A program made the translations under genes and the position numbers. The notes under the pieces are model-generated. The model saw only the letters and a list, made by a program, of their open reading frames with translations, had not been told where the DNA came from and ran no database searches. A stretch of 61,335 bases of DNA, the filler included, from an uncultured Rhodopirellula sp. (GTDB lineage Bacteria; Planctomycetota; Planctomycetia; Pirellulales; Pirellulaceae): assembly GCA_964007735.1 (NCBI GenBank). It is 6 parts of 6 records of this genome, joined end to end, with 100 filler letters (N's around TTAATTAATTAA, not from the genome) between each part and the next. Parts side by side here need not be neighbours in the genome. Positions count along the whole stretch, not along the records: positions 11,070 to 21,337 come from CAXGAI010000089.1; positions 21,438 to 31,503 come from CAXGAI010000090.1; 4 more parts are not named here. The stretch is one strand, 5' to 3'. The number at the start of each line of letters is the position of its first letter. Position 1 is the first letter of the stretch. Below are positions 18,865-30,600 of the stretch, in pieces.

Positions 18865-18912
18865 AATGGCACTGATTTTATAGACCCGATCCGATCTTGA
18901 TCTTATGTAAAA

Positions 18913-19464
18913 CTACACGAAGTTCTTGCCGGCACGCGACTCGTCCAGATATTCGATTGGTTTTTCACCAAAGGTTCGGCGCAAAAGTCCTATTTGACCG
19001 ATGTGAATATGCTCGTGGTGCGTAAGCCACTCGAGTGCTCCACCCTTTCTCGTAAAGATTGGGTGGTGGTCAAATTCAGGATCGTCAAAAATACAAGATT
19101 CAGTCAGTACGTCCGCAGACATTTCTCTGGTTTCCAGCATCACCTGATCATGCACCTGGTTAAGTACAGTGCATAATTCATTAGGGCTTGGATAGATGGT
19201 CGAGTCAGCCGAAACTTCGGAGCCATATCCGAATAGTCCACGGTATGTTTCCGGAATGATGGCGGCGTCGGAATCTCGCGGACCACGCACCAGAAACAGT
19301 CCTAAGAAATATTCAGCAATTGCAATGTGCCCAACGTTCCAGGCCACATGGGTAATTCCCATCGGCATGTCATACCATTTTTCATGATCAATACGATCAA
19401 TCATTTGAAGTGAGAGTACACGAGTCCGACTTAATTGAAAAAGTATTCGTTCTTTATCAAACAT
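18913..19464 (-). CDS. DinB/DUF664 superfamily protein
   Basis: W..GHIA and H...H.GQI...RR metal-binding His pattern. Confidence 0.8.
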   Translation of the reverse strand: MFDKERILFQLSRTRVLSLQMIDRIDHEKWYDMPMGITHVAWNVGHIAIAEYFLGLFLVRGPRDSDAAIIPETYRGLFGYGSEVSADSTIYPSPNELCTVLNQVHDQVMLETREMSADVLTESCIFDDPEFDHHPIFTRKGGALEWLTHHEHIHIGQIGLLRRTFGEKPIEYLDESRAGKNFV

Positions 19465-19803
19465 GTTATTTATAGAACTTCCTGAAATTAGTTATTGAGA
19501 TTCTCCTGGGTAGAGAAAGATAGCTTACATCAAATGAAACAAACCAGGCTAGTTGTCTGGAGGCTCTGGCTGCGTGATTAGATTAACGCCCTTCTATTTG
19601 TGTATTAATGATAACTGCAGACTCTTTAGATTCTTCAAATAGCTGGCTCATTACCCGTGGACGGAGAGTGGTGCTTTAACAAACTTGCCATCGTAATAAG
19701 CGTAGGGAGTATGTATGCTCCGAATCAATTATGGAGAAAAGGCGATTGGCAAGCCAGGGATATGGAATTACCATAACATGGTCGTAGTCTAAAAGGTTGA
19801 AAT

Positions 19804-20271
19804 ATGATTATCCAAAAGCAATACAAGTTTTACGCCGCTCACCGAAATGAACAGTTACTGGACAAATGCCGGAATCTTCATGGGCATCGTTATGGACTGG
19901 TTTGCTTTTTTGAAGTCGAGCGAGATGGAGCTTTATCGACCTTGTTCGGTGACTTTGATGACAAGATCGAACCATTAATCAAAGAGTTTTATGATCATTG
20001 TTTTATCGTGAATCGTGAAGATCCACTCTATGAGACATTATTGGGCCATCAAGAGAAGCATAACGAAGAATTTCGTATGAAGGTTCTTGAATTCCCTTCA
20101 ACCGTCGAAAATATCGCTTTCCAATTATTTACCGAAATCACCGAGCATGGCTTTCGTTTGAACCGTCTTGAACTTCGAGAGACAGATACTTCCGTGATTG
20201 AATACACCCGCGAAGACTGGGTGGCAGATTGTCGTACGGATCTGAAGAATCAGGAAAAATCGTCGGGCTAA
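19804..20271 (+). CDS. queD: 6-carboxytetrahydropterin synthase / PTPS family
   Basis: F.AAH, CRNLHGHRY, DH, and T.ENIA...ET motifs. Confidence 0.8.
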   Translation: MIIQKQYKFYAAHRNEQLLDKCRNLHGHRYGLVCFFEVERDGALSTLFGDFDDKIEPLIKEFYDHCFIVNREDPLYETLLGHQEKHNEEFRMKVLEFPSTVENIAFQLFTEITEHGFRLNRLELRETDTSVIEYTREDWVADCRTDLKNQEKSSG

Positions 20272-20590
20272 CGGAAGTCCGTTCTCTTTAATTCTATGCT
20301 CCCAATAATGAAGTGCTGGCTAGCCTTGGATTGAGGCTTGTCTGTTCTTAGGTGAGCTATTCAACGCGTTATCTCTCAAGCGAGTCGGGCCCATTGCAGG
20401 GGCCGTTTTCCTACAACTTTTTCGATGCGATCTTTTGTCGTAGGTGTTTTCGAATTTTTACACAGACATCTTCTATGAATGTTCTATGTGGGTAATAGGA
20501 AGTGGGTTCCTAATGAGTTAAAAAGGGGAGTTGTGGCGCTTTGCGCACTACGACTAGTAGTACTACCAATTTTATCTTAATGGATTTGCC

Positions 20591-21337
20591 ATGAGCATTT
20601 TCTCGCGTTTACTTAGAGACTCTTCGTCACCTAATACTCTTTCGGATCGGGAGAAACGTTTGCGACGTCGCCGCTTCTTGAAGGGCCTCGAAGATCATAG
20701 TCGTTCGATGCGAATGGAGCATTTAGAACCCCGGCTACTGCTGGCAGGTGACTTTATTGATACCGGTGCCCTGGAAATCTATCGAGACGGCGGTTTCTCT
20801 GGCGCAATTCCATCCACCGAGGGTGGTGCCTTCACCGAGGCAGGCTCCTTTTACGTTGCTAAAAAGGGCGGAGCAAAGATCGTCAAGGTGGATAATGCTG
20901 TCCTTGAATTTGATGGTGTTGACGTTCTTGAATTCACTACCACAGGTTCGGGCGGTACGTCTGTTTTAGGAAGAGGCGGAGGAGCAAATTGGGAGCTCTT
21001 AACGACCGGTTCATGGACCATTAAGACAGATAGCTTACGCACCGAAACGGTAGATGCTGTTTCCGGTGATGGGGATTATTTAGACTTTGGTATTTTTGAA
21101 TTTGACACGGCTAATTTCGGCTTTGCGAACAGTGCTTTGACGGTACAGGGGGGCTATCAGTTAGCCGGTATCCCGGGACTCATTGCTCCCTTCTCGTTTT
21201 TAGGAGGTGGTGCTCCTGAGTTTGATATTGAGGGTAATAATTACTGGCGGTTGGGGCACTCGGGGAAACTTTTGACGACCGATGCTTCTTTACCTAAATT
21301 TAATGTGACATTCTTTGATGTAACTTTTGGTTTCCAT
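20591..21337 (+). CDS. N-terminus of a large planctomycete extracellular protein (LEPRxLL signal), truncated
   Basis: Basic leader with RRRR then EHLEPRLLLA, followed by G/T/D/F-rich sequence; runs into the linker. Confidence 0.8.
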
Positions 21338-21437
21338 NNNNNNNNNNNNNNNNNNNNNNNNNNNNNNNNNNNNNNNNNNNNTTAATTAATTAANNNNNNN
21401 NNNNNNNNNNNNNNNNNNNNNNNNNNNNNNNNNNNNN
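21338..21437. other. Artificial contig linker
   Basis: N44-TTAATTAATTAA-N44. Confidence 0.98.
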
Positions 21438-22313
21438 GTCTGGCTTGGCCTTAAGGGTGGTTTTCTCTGACACGCCATAAGCGCCCCATGCAGCGATGTC
21501 CGCGCCGGCACCGGGCAACGCCCCAATGGCGGTTCCTGTTAGAGCTGATTGCAAGACCGTTGGAAAATGTCGCAGTATGATCCGTAACGACGCTTTTAAT
21601 CTAAACGGGCCAGGGCTGGGGGGCTTAAGACTTCCCGTTGTATGCCCAACCGCGGTTTTTAACACTTCCGACATCCCAAATAATCCAATCATCGCCGGAA
21701 TAAAATTGAGCCCTTGCGAAAGGTTTTCTATGTTAAAAATAAAACGACTTTGATTGGTCAATGGATCAACACCAACCAAAGAAAATGCAAAACCCAAAAA
21801 CGCCCCCAGAATACCTAAAAACGGTTGGCGACCTGATGACACCGTTACGCCTAACACAAGGCCAGTCACACAGAGCCAGAAATATTCGAAAGGTCCGAAG
21901 TTTAAGGCAAACTTTGCCAGCTGGGGAGCAATGAGAACAAGTAGTAAAACTCCCAGGATTCCTCCCATCGCAGAACAGAGCAGGTTTATTAATAAAGTCT
22001 GTTTTCCTTTTCCATTGAGCGCTAGCTTATGGGCATCTAGGGTAGCTGCCGCAGACGCCGGAGTTCCAGGAATTCTTAGAAACGTCGCCGGAATATCGCC
22101 TGCGAAAATTGCCGTAAAGCTCACACCAATCACCATGGCCAACGCAGCTTCCTTTTCGAGTTGAAATGAAAAGGGGATGATAAGTGCAACGGCCATTGTA
22201 GCGGTCAAGCCGGGCGTGGAACCCACGAATATCCCAAACGTCATCGCGAGGATCCATGGAATAAGGATCTGAACCTGGAAAAGAGCGGCGAAAGTTTCGT
22301 TAAAATGGTCCAA
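21438..22313 (-). CDS. tctA: Tripartite tricarboxylate transporter permease TctA, 3'-truncated
   Basis: G..PGL...MA.A, IPGTP.SAAT.LD, G.LPGAGA.IAA motifs. Confidence 0.9.
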
Positions 22314-22316
22314 GGC

Positions 22317-22802
22317 TTAAAACAACGATATTTCAATAGATAGGGAAGGCAACGAAATCATAAATAATTCAATAAAGACCAAATGAATGGTTACGACAAT
22401 CACTGTTGTACTCAGCAACGCCTGCCACCAAGACACCTTCATGAGCAACATAGAAATCATGCCAAACACTGAACACGATATATGGAATCCTAAACTGGGC
22501 ATTAGCAGGATAAACGCTAGGACCGCTGTTGCTATGTGTGCTGAGCCTTGGCCATTCTGGTTATCTTGTTGACCTTGCCGGGCTGTAAAAATGCGAAACA
22601 TAGAAAACGCACCGCCTACTAGAAGCGCAGTGCCGAGTATTTTCGGTAACAAGGCAGGCCCAGGGTCAAACTTATCAAGCGTTAAAGGTTCTCTAATATC
22701 AAATGAAAAGACTAGAAAATAGCAGCCGCCAATAATCCACACCAATACAGGTGCCAACGCCGATACCGTTAGCTTTTGCCGCGACGATTTATTGTTTGAC
22801 AT
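22317..22802 (-). CDS. tctB: Tripartite tricarboxylate transporter TctB
   Basis: About 4 TM segments, GP..LP, LGF, C-terminal F..LF...LP; lies between tctC and tctA. Confidence 0.8.
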   Translation of the reverse strand: MSNNKSSRQKLTVSALAPVLVWIIGGCYFLVFSFDIREPLTLDKFDPGPALLPKILGTALLVGGAFSMFRIFTARQGQQDNQNGQGSAHIATAVLAFILLMPSLGFHISCSVFGMISMLLMKVSWWQALLSTTVIVVTIHLVFIELFMISLPSLSIEISLF

Positions 22803-23775
22803 AGTACTCTAATACGGCCTTCCATTGTTCATCCTGCTTGGCGAGGAAGGTTTCGAATTCACCGCCAACCTTTATGTCGATAGCAAACCCCTGCTTACTC
22901 ATAAAGTCTCGATATTCAGTACTCGCCGCAATTTCCGTCAGGTGTTTGGCGAGGATGTTTACGATCCTTTCAGGCACGTCGCGTTGCGTTGCCAGACCTC
23001 GCCAGCCAATGGAGGTCCATTGTACTCCTTGTTCAAGCGCCGTTGGGATTTCCGGGAAGGCATCGTCTCTTTGATGCGACATCACGGTGATACCTCGCAC
23101 TTCCCCAGCGTTCAACTGCAATGCGACTTCTGGCAAACTGCAACAAACTGCGTCTAGATGCCCTCCCAATAGCATTTGCAGAGACTCGGCGGAGCCCTTA
23201 GTAGGTACCCAAATAATATCATCTTTATTAAGGCCCGCCTTTTGAAATAAACCGACTCTTGCTAGGTCCCATGTCCCACCTGAAGCGGTGCCCGACATTT
23301 TTAGACTACCCGGTGAGTTTTTGACACCCGCCAAAAACTCCGTCAAGGTCTTATAGGGACTATCCTTTCTAACAAGGATTGCCGCGGGATCGCCATTGAT
23401 CTGTAGGATGGGTTGGTAACTTAAATAATTTATGTCTGTAATCCCCAATTGATGCATCGTTGATAACTCGGCTGTGATCATCGCAATGGTATGACCATCA
23501 GGTTTTGCATCGGCTCCAGCCTTATGACCAACTCCGCCTGACCCCCCAGTTCGATTGACAACTACACAGTTCTTCCCGATACGCTCTTTGAGTTTAGCCG
23601 CGAAAAAACGGGATATGCGATCTGTACCACCTCCGGCTCCCCACGGGCAAATGATTGTCAGGTTTTTACTGGGAAAGGTATCCGAGGTATTCGCCGGATT
23701 TGTTTGTTTGTTACATCCGGTTAAAACAGATGCTAAGACAAAATAAAGACAGACAGGAAGGGGATGCAGTTTCAT
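22789..23775 (-). CDS. tctC: Tripartite tricarboxylate transporter substrate-binding lipoprotein TctC (Bug family)
   Basis: Lipobox LTGC, PWGAGGGTD, VVNRTGGSG..G, PDGHT, P.IPT..E.G. Confidence 0.9.
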   Translation of the reverse strand: MKLHPLPVCLYFVLASVLTGCNKQTNPANTSDTFPSKNLTIICPWGAGGGTDRISRFFAAKLKERIGKNCVVVNRTGGSGGVGHKAGADAKPDGHTIAMITAELSTMHQLGITDINYLSYQPILQINGDPAAILVRKDSPYKTLTEFLAGVKNSPGSLKMSGTASGGTWDLARVGLFQKAGLNKDDIIWVPTKGSAESLQMLLGGHLDAVCCSLPEVALQLNAGEVRGITVMSHQRDDAFPEIPTALEQGVQWTSIGWRGLATQRDVPERIVNILAKHLTEIAASTEYRDFMSKQGFAIDIKVGGEFETFLAKQDEQWKAVLEYYVKQ

Positions 23776-23919
23776 AGGTAAACGGGCTACAAGAGTGAGT
23801 TCTGAAAAACTATCATTTTAACGTATCTAAGCTAGTGCGTCATAACGGCGGTTAGTCGACCTTGACGTCAGAGCAAATTATGCAAAGAATAGAAACCAAC
23901 AATTAAGATTTTAATGCTT

Positions 23920-24001
<82 letters not shown>

Positions 24002-24013
24002 CTTTGGGACCTT

Positions 24014-24042
24014 TTCTGACTGTTCTGAAATTACAGTCAGAA
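24014..24042. terminator. Hairpin between the convergent tRNA-Leu(TAG) and monooxygenase gene
   Basis: TTCTGACTGT-N9-ACAGTCAGAA; U-tracts are weak. Confidence 0.5.
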
Positions 24043-24070
24043 GGACATAAAAGGGAAGCTGGCAACTAAC

Positions 24071-24409
24071 TTAAAAGTTAGTTAACCCTGGCTTCTGACT
24101 TTTCCAACCGTCAGAACTGGGAAAGACACTACTCATCCGCAGGATTTCCGGTTCTGAAGCGAACCAAGGTTCCACCTGATTCTTCCAGGTTAAAAAATGC
24201 GGTGTCGTAAGATGATATTGAAACGCTTTTTCATCTGCATAGACCTCGTAGAGATAGAATCTCGTGCTGACCGCTTCGTCCTGACTAATGTCAAACCGGT
24301 AACACAACGGTTCATCTTCAACAGACCCCCGGGCATCTTCGAGGCTGGCGGCCGCGAATTGATCCACAAATTCCTCTTTCACGTCAATCGTTACAAAAAT
24401 CGACAGCAT
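24071..24409 (-). CDS. ABM / putative quinol monooxygenase (LsrG-like) protein
   Basis: EP.C.RFD, F.LYEVY.D..AF..HL.TPHF..W. Probable ATG at 24409 with AAGGA upstream. Confidence 0.85.
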   Translation of the reverse strand: MLSIFVTIDVKEEFVDQFAAASLEDARGSVEDEPLCYRFDISQDEAVSTRFYLYEVYADEKAFQYHLTTPHFLTWKNQVEPWFASEPEILRMSSVFPSSDGWKSQKPGLTNF

Positions 24410-24643
24410 TTTGATATTTCCTTTACCGAAAATAAAGTGATTGGCACTGCCGTTGCGTAATGCTAACAAGTCCTCAGGATCCTGCATGGCGACTGTACTC
24501 AATGTTTGAATAATATTTTACTATTTGGAACTGGTCTCGCATCTTTGCATCAACGGTTGTTGCCGCTACTACTAATACTAACAAGGAATGAACGAGTCTT
24601 ATCATTTGAGAGCACGTCTCGTTCAGCGAGATGATGACGAGTT

Positions 24644-25969
24644 CTATTTCGCAATGCAATAAAGAAACTTCTCACCACGCAAGTAAAGCTCATCCCCAGC
24701 AATCGAGGGAGATGCGTCGAATCGTTCGTCCAACCGATTACTCGACTCAATCGACAAATTTGTTCCCGGCTTTAAGACGAGGGTTAATCCGTTGCGCCCC
24801 GTAACATAAATACGGCCATTGGCAGCAACGGGAGAACTATACATGTTGCTAATGCCTGGCAATCGGGTGCGATCCATTACAATCTTACCGGAAGTTGCAT
24901 CCAATACCGTCCATATTCCCTGATTCGATTGATTGTAGAACAACATTCCATCAAACAACACTGGAGAAGGGACGTAGGGCGTTCCACGTTGATGTTTCCA
25001 TACAACCTTGTCGGCGTCGGTAAGATCACCTTCCTCTGTAATCGGAATCCGCATGACGCTGTGACCCTGATAGCCACTCATGACTATCACGTGACTTCCA
25101 TCCAGTATCGGACAAGGGGTCGCATTGCCTGTCAAGCCGCCGCACTGCCAGATAAGCGTACCGTCTTCGAGGTTGTAGGATCGTACCAAATTACTCGCGC
25201 AAGTAATCACCTGTACTCTGCCGCCATATTCGGCAATCACCGGGGTAGCCCATGCGTTGCCTTCATCTCGGTGCTTCTTCCAATACGTTTTTCCTGTCGA
25301 GGAGTCCAAGGCCTCTATACTCGATTGACCTTGGTGGTCCCGCACAACAATGACCCGCCCGTTATGTACCACCGGTGAACAACCCTCACCTAGGGCCGCT
25401 CCCATCTTCACCTCTCCGAGATCACGTTTCCACAGCAATAACCCATCCAGGTCATAGCAAAATAATCCAGCAGAACCAAACCAAACAAATACTTTATTAT
25501 CGTGAACCACCGGGGAAGCGGAAGCGAAATCGTTATCTCCGTGATGGCCTTCATGAGGAACCTTTTGAACTGCGATCTCTCGCCATAGTTCCTGGCCCGT
25601 TTGACGATCCAGGCAGATCGTTAGAAACTGATGTTCGGTGTTGGGGTGCTTAATTCCGAATACCCGCATCGGCTGATCTTCTGGTTTTGCCCGTGTAGGA
25701 TCAACGATTCCCGTATCAATGGCCGTCAGAATAAAGACTCTATCCCCGTAAATAATCGGCGTGGAACTACCACTACCGTCGATTGCGACCTTCCAGCGAA
25801 TATTCGACTCTTCCGACCAAGAAACGGGCGGACGGCTGTTTTCAGCAAACCCTGTATTTCTGACCCCACGCCATTGTGCCCAGTTTTCCGCCGCTAGCAA
25901 ATCATAGCTGCCGATAAAGAACCCAAGAACAAAAACTATCCCAGCAACTAGGAACGCTGTCCGACTCAT
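24644..25969 (-). CDS. Exported PQQ-like beta-propeller protein
   Basis: Signal peptide, NWAQWRG, repeated SP/TP...W blades, C-terminal ASP.I....LYLRG...LYCI. Confidence 0.85.
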   Translation of the reverse strand: MSRTAFLVAGIVFVLGFFIGSYDLLAAENWAQWRGVRNTGFAENSRPPVSWSEESNIRWKVAIDGSGSSTPIIYGDRVFILTAIDTGIVDPTRAKPEDQPMRVFGIKHPNTEHQFLTICLDRQTGQELWREIAVQKVPHEGHHGDNDFASASPVVHDNKVFVWFGSAGLFCYDLDGLLLWKRDLGEVKMGAALGEGCSPVVHNGRVIVVRDHQGQSSIEALDSSTGKTYWKKHRDEGNAWATPVIAEYGGRVQVITCASNLVRSYNLEDGTLIWQCGGLTGNATPCPILDGSHVIVMSGYQGHSVMRIPITEEGDLTDADKVVWKHQRGTPYVPSPVLFDGMLFYNQSNQGIWTVLDATSGKIVMDRTRLPGISNMYSSPVAANGRIYVTGRNGLTLVLKPGTNLSIESSNRLDERFDASPSIAGDELYLRGEKFLYCIAK

Positions 25970-26054
25970 ATATATCTCTTTCCTCTAACTCACCCCGGAG
26001 GGGTTCTCAATTGTAAACCAGTGGATCGCGGCGATCGGGGACATCTTTTACAAT

Positions 26055-26345
26055 TCAGTCATTTGTTTTCGATGCCAATCTAAATTTAATCACCCTAGAA
26101 ATTCCATAAAGTGACAGACGCACTCCTATGACAGACGTAATGAAGAGATTCGCTGGATCAAGCATAAATGAATAGACTTGGCGAAGCGCTTCACGAAGTT
26201 GCTGTTTCCCCGGCATTGTGCCCTGAAAAAAAAGCGAAACGAGATAAATACAAATAAGGAAATCCAACAGCCCAACTATGGAGCGTGCAGTAATAGTAAG
26301 CCGTCTAGGGCTCACCGATTGTTCCGATTCGGTTTCATTTGCCAT
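26055..26345 (-). CDS. Hypothetical small membrane protein
   Basis: Two hydrophobic segments; ATG at 26345 (frame open to 26366). Confidence 0.45.
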   Translation of the reverse strand: MANETESEQSVSPRRLTITARSIVGLLDFLICIYLVSLFFQGTMPGKQQLREALRQVYSFMLDPANLFITSVIGVRLSLYGISRVIKFRLASKTND

Positions 26346-26560
26346 CGTAAGATTGCTTTTCAACAAGGTTAAATAAGCTACATTGAAAATGCTTATTTAT
26401 TAAACACTGTCTATGCTTTAGCTTAATAGAAGACGCCTCTCTTAGTTACCCCTTTGCAGAAATTGTGACAGCGTATTACTGCCTTACAATAATTACATGG
26501 TAACAGAGTGATAAGTCACATCATTGGAACCGCAAAACACGTTACAGAGGTATTTATTAC

Positions 26561-27475
26561 ATGAAACGCTTCTTATTATTGCTGCTGTTTTTTCTGGTAA
26601 CTTTGAACCGGGCCGATGCTGCCGATCCTAAAACACTCGTTGTCATTGCCGGTAAGCCTTCTCACCCTCCTCGCATGCATGAGTTTAATGCGGGGGTACA
26701 ACTACTAGCACGATGCCTTAAAGACCGCACGGAGTTAGATCTCAGAATTTCCCTGAATGGCTGGCCTAAGGATGAGGCTGTTTTCGAAGGCGCCGACGCT
26801 GTTGTATTCTACATGGATGGGGGACCCCGCCATGAGGCAGTCCAGGAGAATGGCCGTCGCCTAAACATGATAGACGAGTGGGCAGACCAAGGTGTTGGTC
26901 TTGGGTTTATGCATTATGGTGTTGAGGTCGTACCAGAACAGGCAGGACGCCAATTCCTGAAATGGATAGGTGGGCACTATGAACACATGCACTCCTGCAA
27001 CCCAATCTGGAGTCCTCGTTTTGATTTTTTTCCAAAACATCCTATAACCCGCGGGGTGAAACCTTTTAGTGTGAAGGATGAGTGGTATTTCAATATGCGT
27101 TTTGTGAAGAATATCACCGGCAATAAAAAGGATATTGTGGATGACCTCCACTTTACCCCCATCCTAGTGGGCACTCCCGACGAGATGGTTCGAAATGGTC
27201 CCTATGTTTATCCGCGAGGGCCTTACCCACATATACAAGCCAATAAGGGCCGAGCCGAAGCTATGATGTGGGCGGTTGAACGCGCTAATCACGGAAGAGG
27301 TTTCGGATTTACCGGGGGTCATTTCCACGATAACTGGAAAAATGATAACTTCCGAAAAACCATACTTAACGCATTCCTTTGGATTAGTGGCGTCAAAGTG
27401 CCTCGCACTGGAGTCGCCTCTGAAGTGAGTTCGACTGACATCAATCTAAATCTCGATCCGAAACCAGGGCGATAA
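26561..27475 (+). CDS. Exported ThuA-like domain protein
   Basis: Signal peptide, AG..SH....HE, HPITRGV, DEWY, GRGFGFTGGH.H.NW. Confidence 0.8.
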   Translation: MKRFLLLLLFFLVTLNRADAADPKTLVVIAGKPSHPPRMHEFNAGVQLLARCLKDRTELDLRISLNGWPKDEAVFEGADAVVFYMDGGPRHEAVQENGRRLNMIDEWADQGVGLGFMHYGVEVVPEQAGRQFLKWIGGHYEHMHSCNPIWSPRFDFFPKHPITRGVKPFSVKDEWYFNMRFVKNITGNKKDIVDDLHFTPILVGTPDEMVRNGPYVYPRGPYPHIQANKGRAEAMMWAVERANHGRGFGFTGGHFHDNWKNDNFRKTILNAFLWISGVKVPRTGVASEVSSTDINLNLDPKPGR

Positions 27476-27692
27476 CAATCTATTCAAGTACTCGTCTGCG
27501 GCCATATTACGTTACGCTAAGCACCTGAACCGCTCCTTATGTGCTCGTAATTTTCGAATTCAATTCCGAATCCAGAGTGAAGAAATAGCGCGTATTTTTT
27601 TAACGAGAACGTGTTTTCTCCATTAGAAAGGCCGTCGCGGCAATATATCCTAAATTACTTATTCCCCCAGAGTTAATATTAAGGTTTTTTAC

Positions 27693-30600
27693 GTGCGCGG
27701 CCTCTTTCTAGCTATATCTTTTCTGTTTTTATCAGTTTGGACGTCCCCAATTGGCGCGGAGGCCGTCCGTTTCCCCTCAGCACCTTGCCTTTCCCCCGCC
27801 GGTGACCAGATTTACTTTTCCTGGCGCGGAGATATTTGGAATGCCGGAATAGAAGGCGGCAGAATTTCGAGAGTTACATCCGACACCTCCCAGGAAACAT
27901 CGCCTCGCGTTTCAAATGACGGTAAAACATTGTTCTATGCAAGCAATAAAACTGGAGTGAATCAGGTATATCGCATGGAGATTACTGGATCGGTACCGAT
28001 CCAGCTCACTTTCCATAGCGAGGGTTCAATTCCTGTCGGCCTTTCGAGCGACAACGAGTTAGTTTTTACATTGGGGCAACGGGACTCGTGGTGGCGCTGG
28101 GCTAGCCGATTCCATCAAATTTCGGCTACGAATCCTCAAAGCGGGGAAGTCCAGCTGTTCAATGCGTATGGTTCCAGTGGGTCAGTATCCGATGTCGGAG
28201 ATGTTCTGTTTAGTCGAGAAGGGATGACATGGTCACGGAAGCAATACACTGGTAGTAAAAGTGGTCAGATATGGCTGTGGAGCAAAGACTCTAATGCGCA
28301 TAAGAAGATCCTCGGTGACGGCCTATTTGACGTTCGCTATCCCATCTGGCACCCTAATGGCCAAGAGTTTTATTTTGTTTCAGAAGAGGATGGGACAAAG
28401 AATATATGGCATTATGATTTGAAATCTAACAAACGCCGTCAGTTGACCAACTTTGAAGATGACGGAGCCATTTCCCCCTCAATTTCCGCCGATGGAAACT
28501 TGATTGTGTTTCGTCGGCTCTTCGACTTATACACTCTCGAAACTCGAAAGAACCGACCGCCGAAACGACTTGAACTGGAATACCAAGGCGACCTTTTCGT
28601 TAACGATGAATTCGAACGCCGACTGCAAAAGGCAACGGATGCTGACTTTTCGAAGACCGGCAAAACCATCGCGTTCATTTCTGGCGGTGATGTATGGGTA
28701 ATGGACGATTTATTGAAAGAGCCTGTGCAGATAACTACCACACCGTTTTTTGAATCCGAAGTCGTTTATGACGAGGATCGTGAACGAATTATCTTTGTTT
28801 CCTCATCCGATGGTCAGGTCGACATTTATCAAGTAAAACGCGTTGATGAAGCTGCACCATGGTGGCGGAATAACAACTTCATAATTGAAGAGCTAACAAG
28901 CGATAACGAAGTAGAGACTTCGCTTTCTTTAAGCCCGAAGAATCGCTACTTATCCTACGTTAAATATCGAAAGGGATTGTGGGTTAAAGACCTGACGGAT
29001 GAAACGCTCGTGCCAGCGCCGGTCGTAAAGTCATGGAGTCCTCTAACATACTCCTGGGCTCCGAACGAAAGATGGTTGACCTATGCTGCGGCGGATAATG
29101 ACTTCAACTATGACGTACACGTAGTAGATATAGAAAATCCGGAGTCTACCTTTAATGTTTCAAAACACCCGGACAATGAGTTTGGTCCCGTTTGGTCCCC
29201 TGATGGTAAAACATTAGCGTTCGTCGGTCGCCGTTTCGATGACGAGTATGACATTTATTATGTATCGCTCGGCCGGGAACGCGATGAACGAACAATACGC
29301 GATGAAAAACTTGAACAGGCACTGAAGGTCAGAGAGGTTGGCGATTCTACAGAAGATACTCCCACAAACGACACCCCGGCAAAGCCCTCCGCCCCACCAC
29401 AGACGGAATTACTAACGGATCTCGAATCCATCCACAAACGAATCCGTAAGGTTAGTATACCTAGTGCTACAGAAACCGAATTGGTATGGTCACCAGACTC
29501 CAAGAAGTTGGCGTTTCAGGCTGAAATTGATGGCAAACAGGGAATCTACACCATTACACCTTACGTTAGCTCTACGCCAACTTTTCTTGTGGCGGCCAAG
29601 GCGAACGTCTTGCAATGGCGTGGATCCAATAATCGTATCTATTGGTTAAAAGACGGCGTGCCCGGCTGGATAAGTGGGACCGGCAATGGTGGTGGGTCGT
29701 TCAACTTCAGTGCAATACAGATTGGTTCCCGCCGCGCTTATCACCGCGAAATATTTGACGAGTGTTGGAGGATCATGCGTGACGACTTCTATGATGGTAA
29801 GTTTAATAATCGAAATTGGGACGAAATACGCCGAAAATACATTCAAGTCGCTGAAAATTGCGTCACCAAAGCAAATCTTAATCGTACGGTGTCGATGATG
29901 CTCGGTGAATTAAACGCATCACATTTGGGATATCGGGGTGGTTCGGATGCCTCCCCCAGCCTTTCCAAGAGAGATGTGACAGGGCATTTAGGATTTATCG
30001 CCCAAACAGACTATAAGGGTCCTGGTATTAAAGTAGCTGAAGTTGTGGAAGGTAGTCCATCGGCGGCAGTAAAAAGTCAGTTACGTCCACAGGATATTGT
30101 GTTGGCCATTAACAAGGTCGCCATCGACCCGGAGTTCGATATTACTCTTGCACTTAATGGTACGGTCGGGAAAGAGACGACCCTCAGCGTTAAGCGGGAG
30201 GAAAAAGAACTAGAAATTGCAATCTATCCGATTACATACTCGTCATACCGCACGTTGCTCTATGAGCGATGGATTGATGCTAATCAACAAAAGGTTCTAC
30301 AGCGATCAGACTCGCGACTTGGTTATCTTCATATCCGCGCCATGGACATGTCAAGCTTTCACCGCTTTGAACGGGAGTTGTTCGAAGTCGCCGCTGGAAA
30401 AGAGGGGTTAATCATAGATGTGCGAGAAAATGGGGGCGGTTTTACCACCGATCATCTTTTGACTATTCTCACACAACCTCGCCATGCCATTACGAAACCC
30501 CGAGGTGGTGGCGAGGGATATCCACAAGACAGATCTATTTATGCAACGTGGGATAAGCCGATCGTCGTTTTATGCAATCAAAACAGTCATAGCAACGCCG

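Noticed and set aside
19465..19803. Possible preQ1 riboswitch upstream of queD
   Set aside because: No preQ1-type stem-loop with A-rich tail found by eye; an Rfam scan would settle it.
24442..24457. TGGCACTGCCGTTGCG, sigma-54-like box on the + strand
   Set aside because: It points away from the adjacent monooxygenase gene and toward the 3' end of an opposite-strand gene. No credible target ORF; weaker match than the other two boxes.
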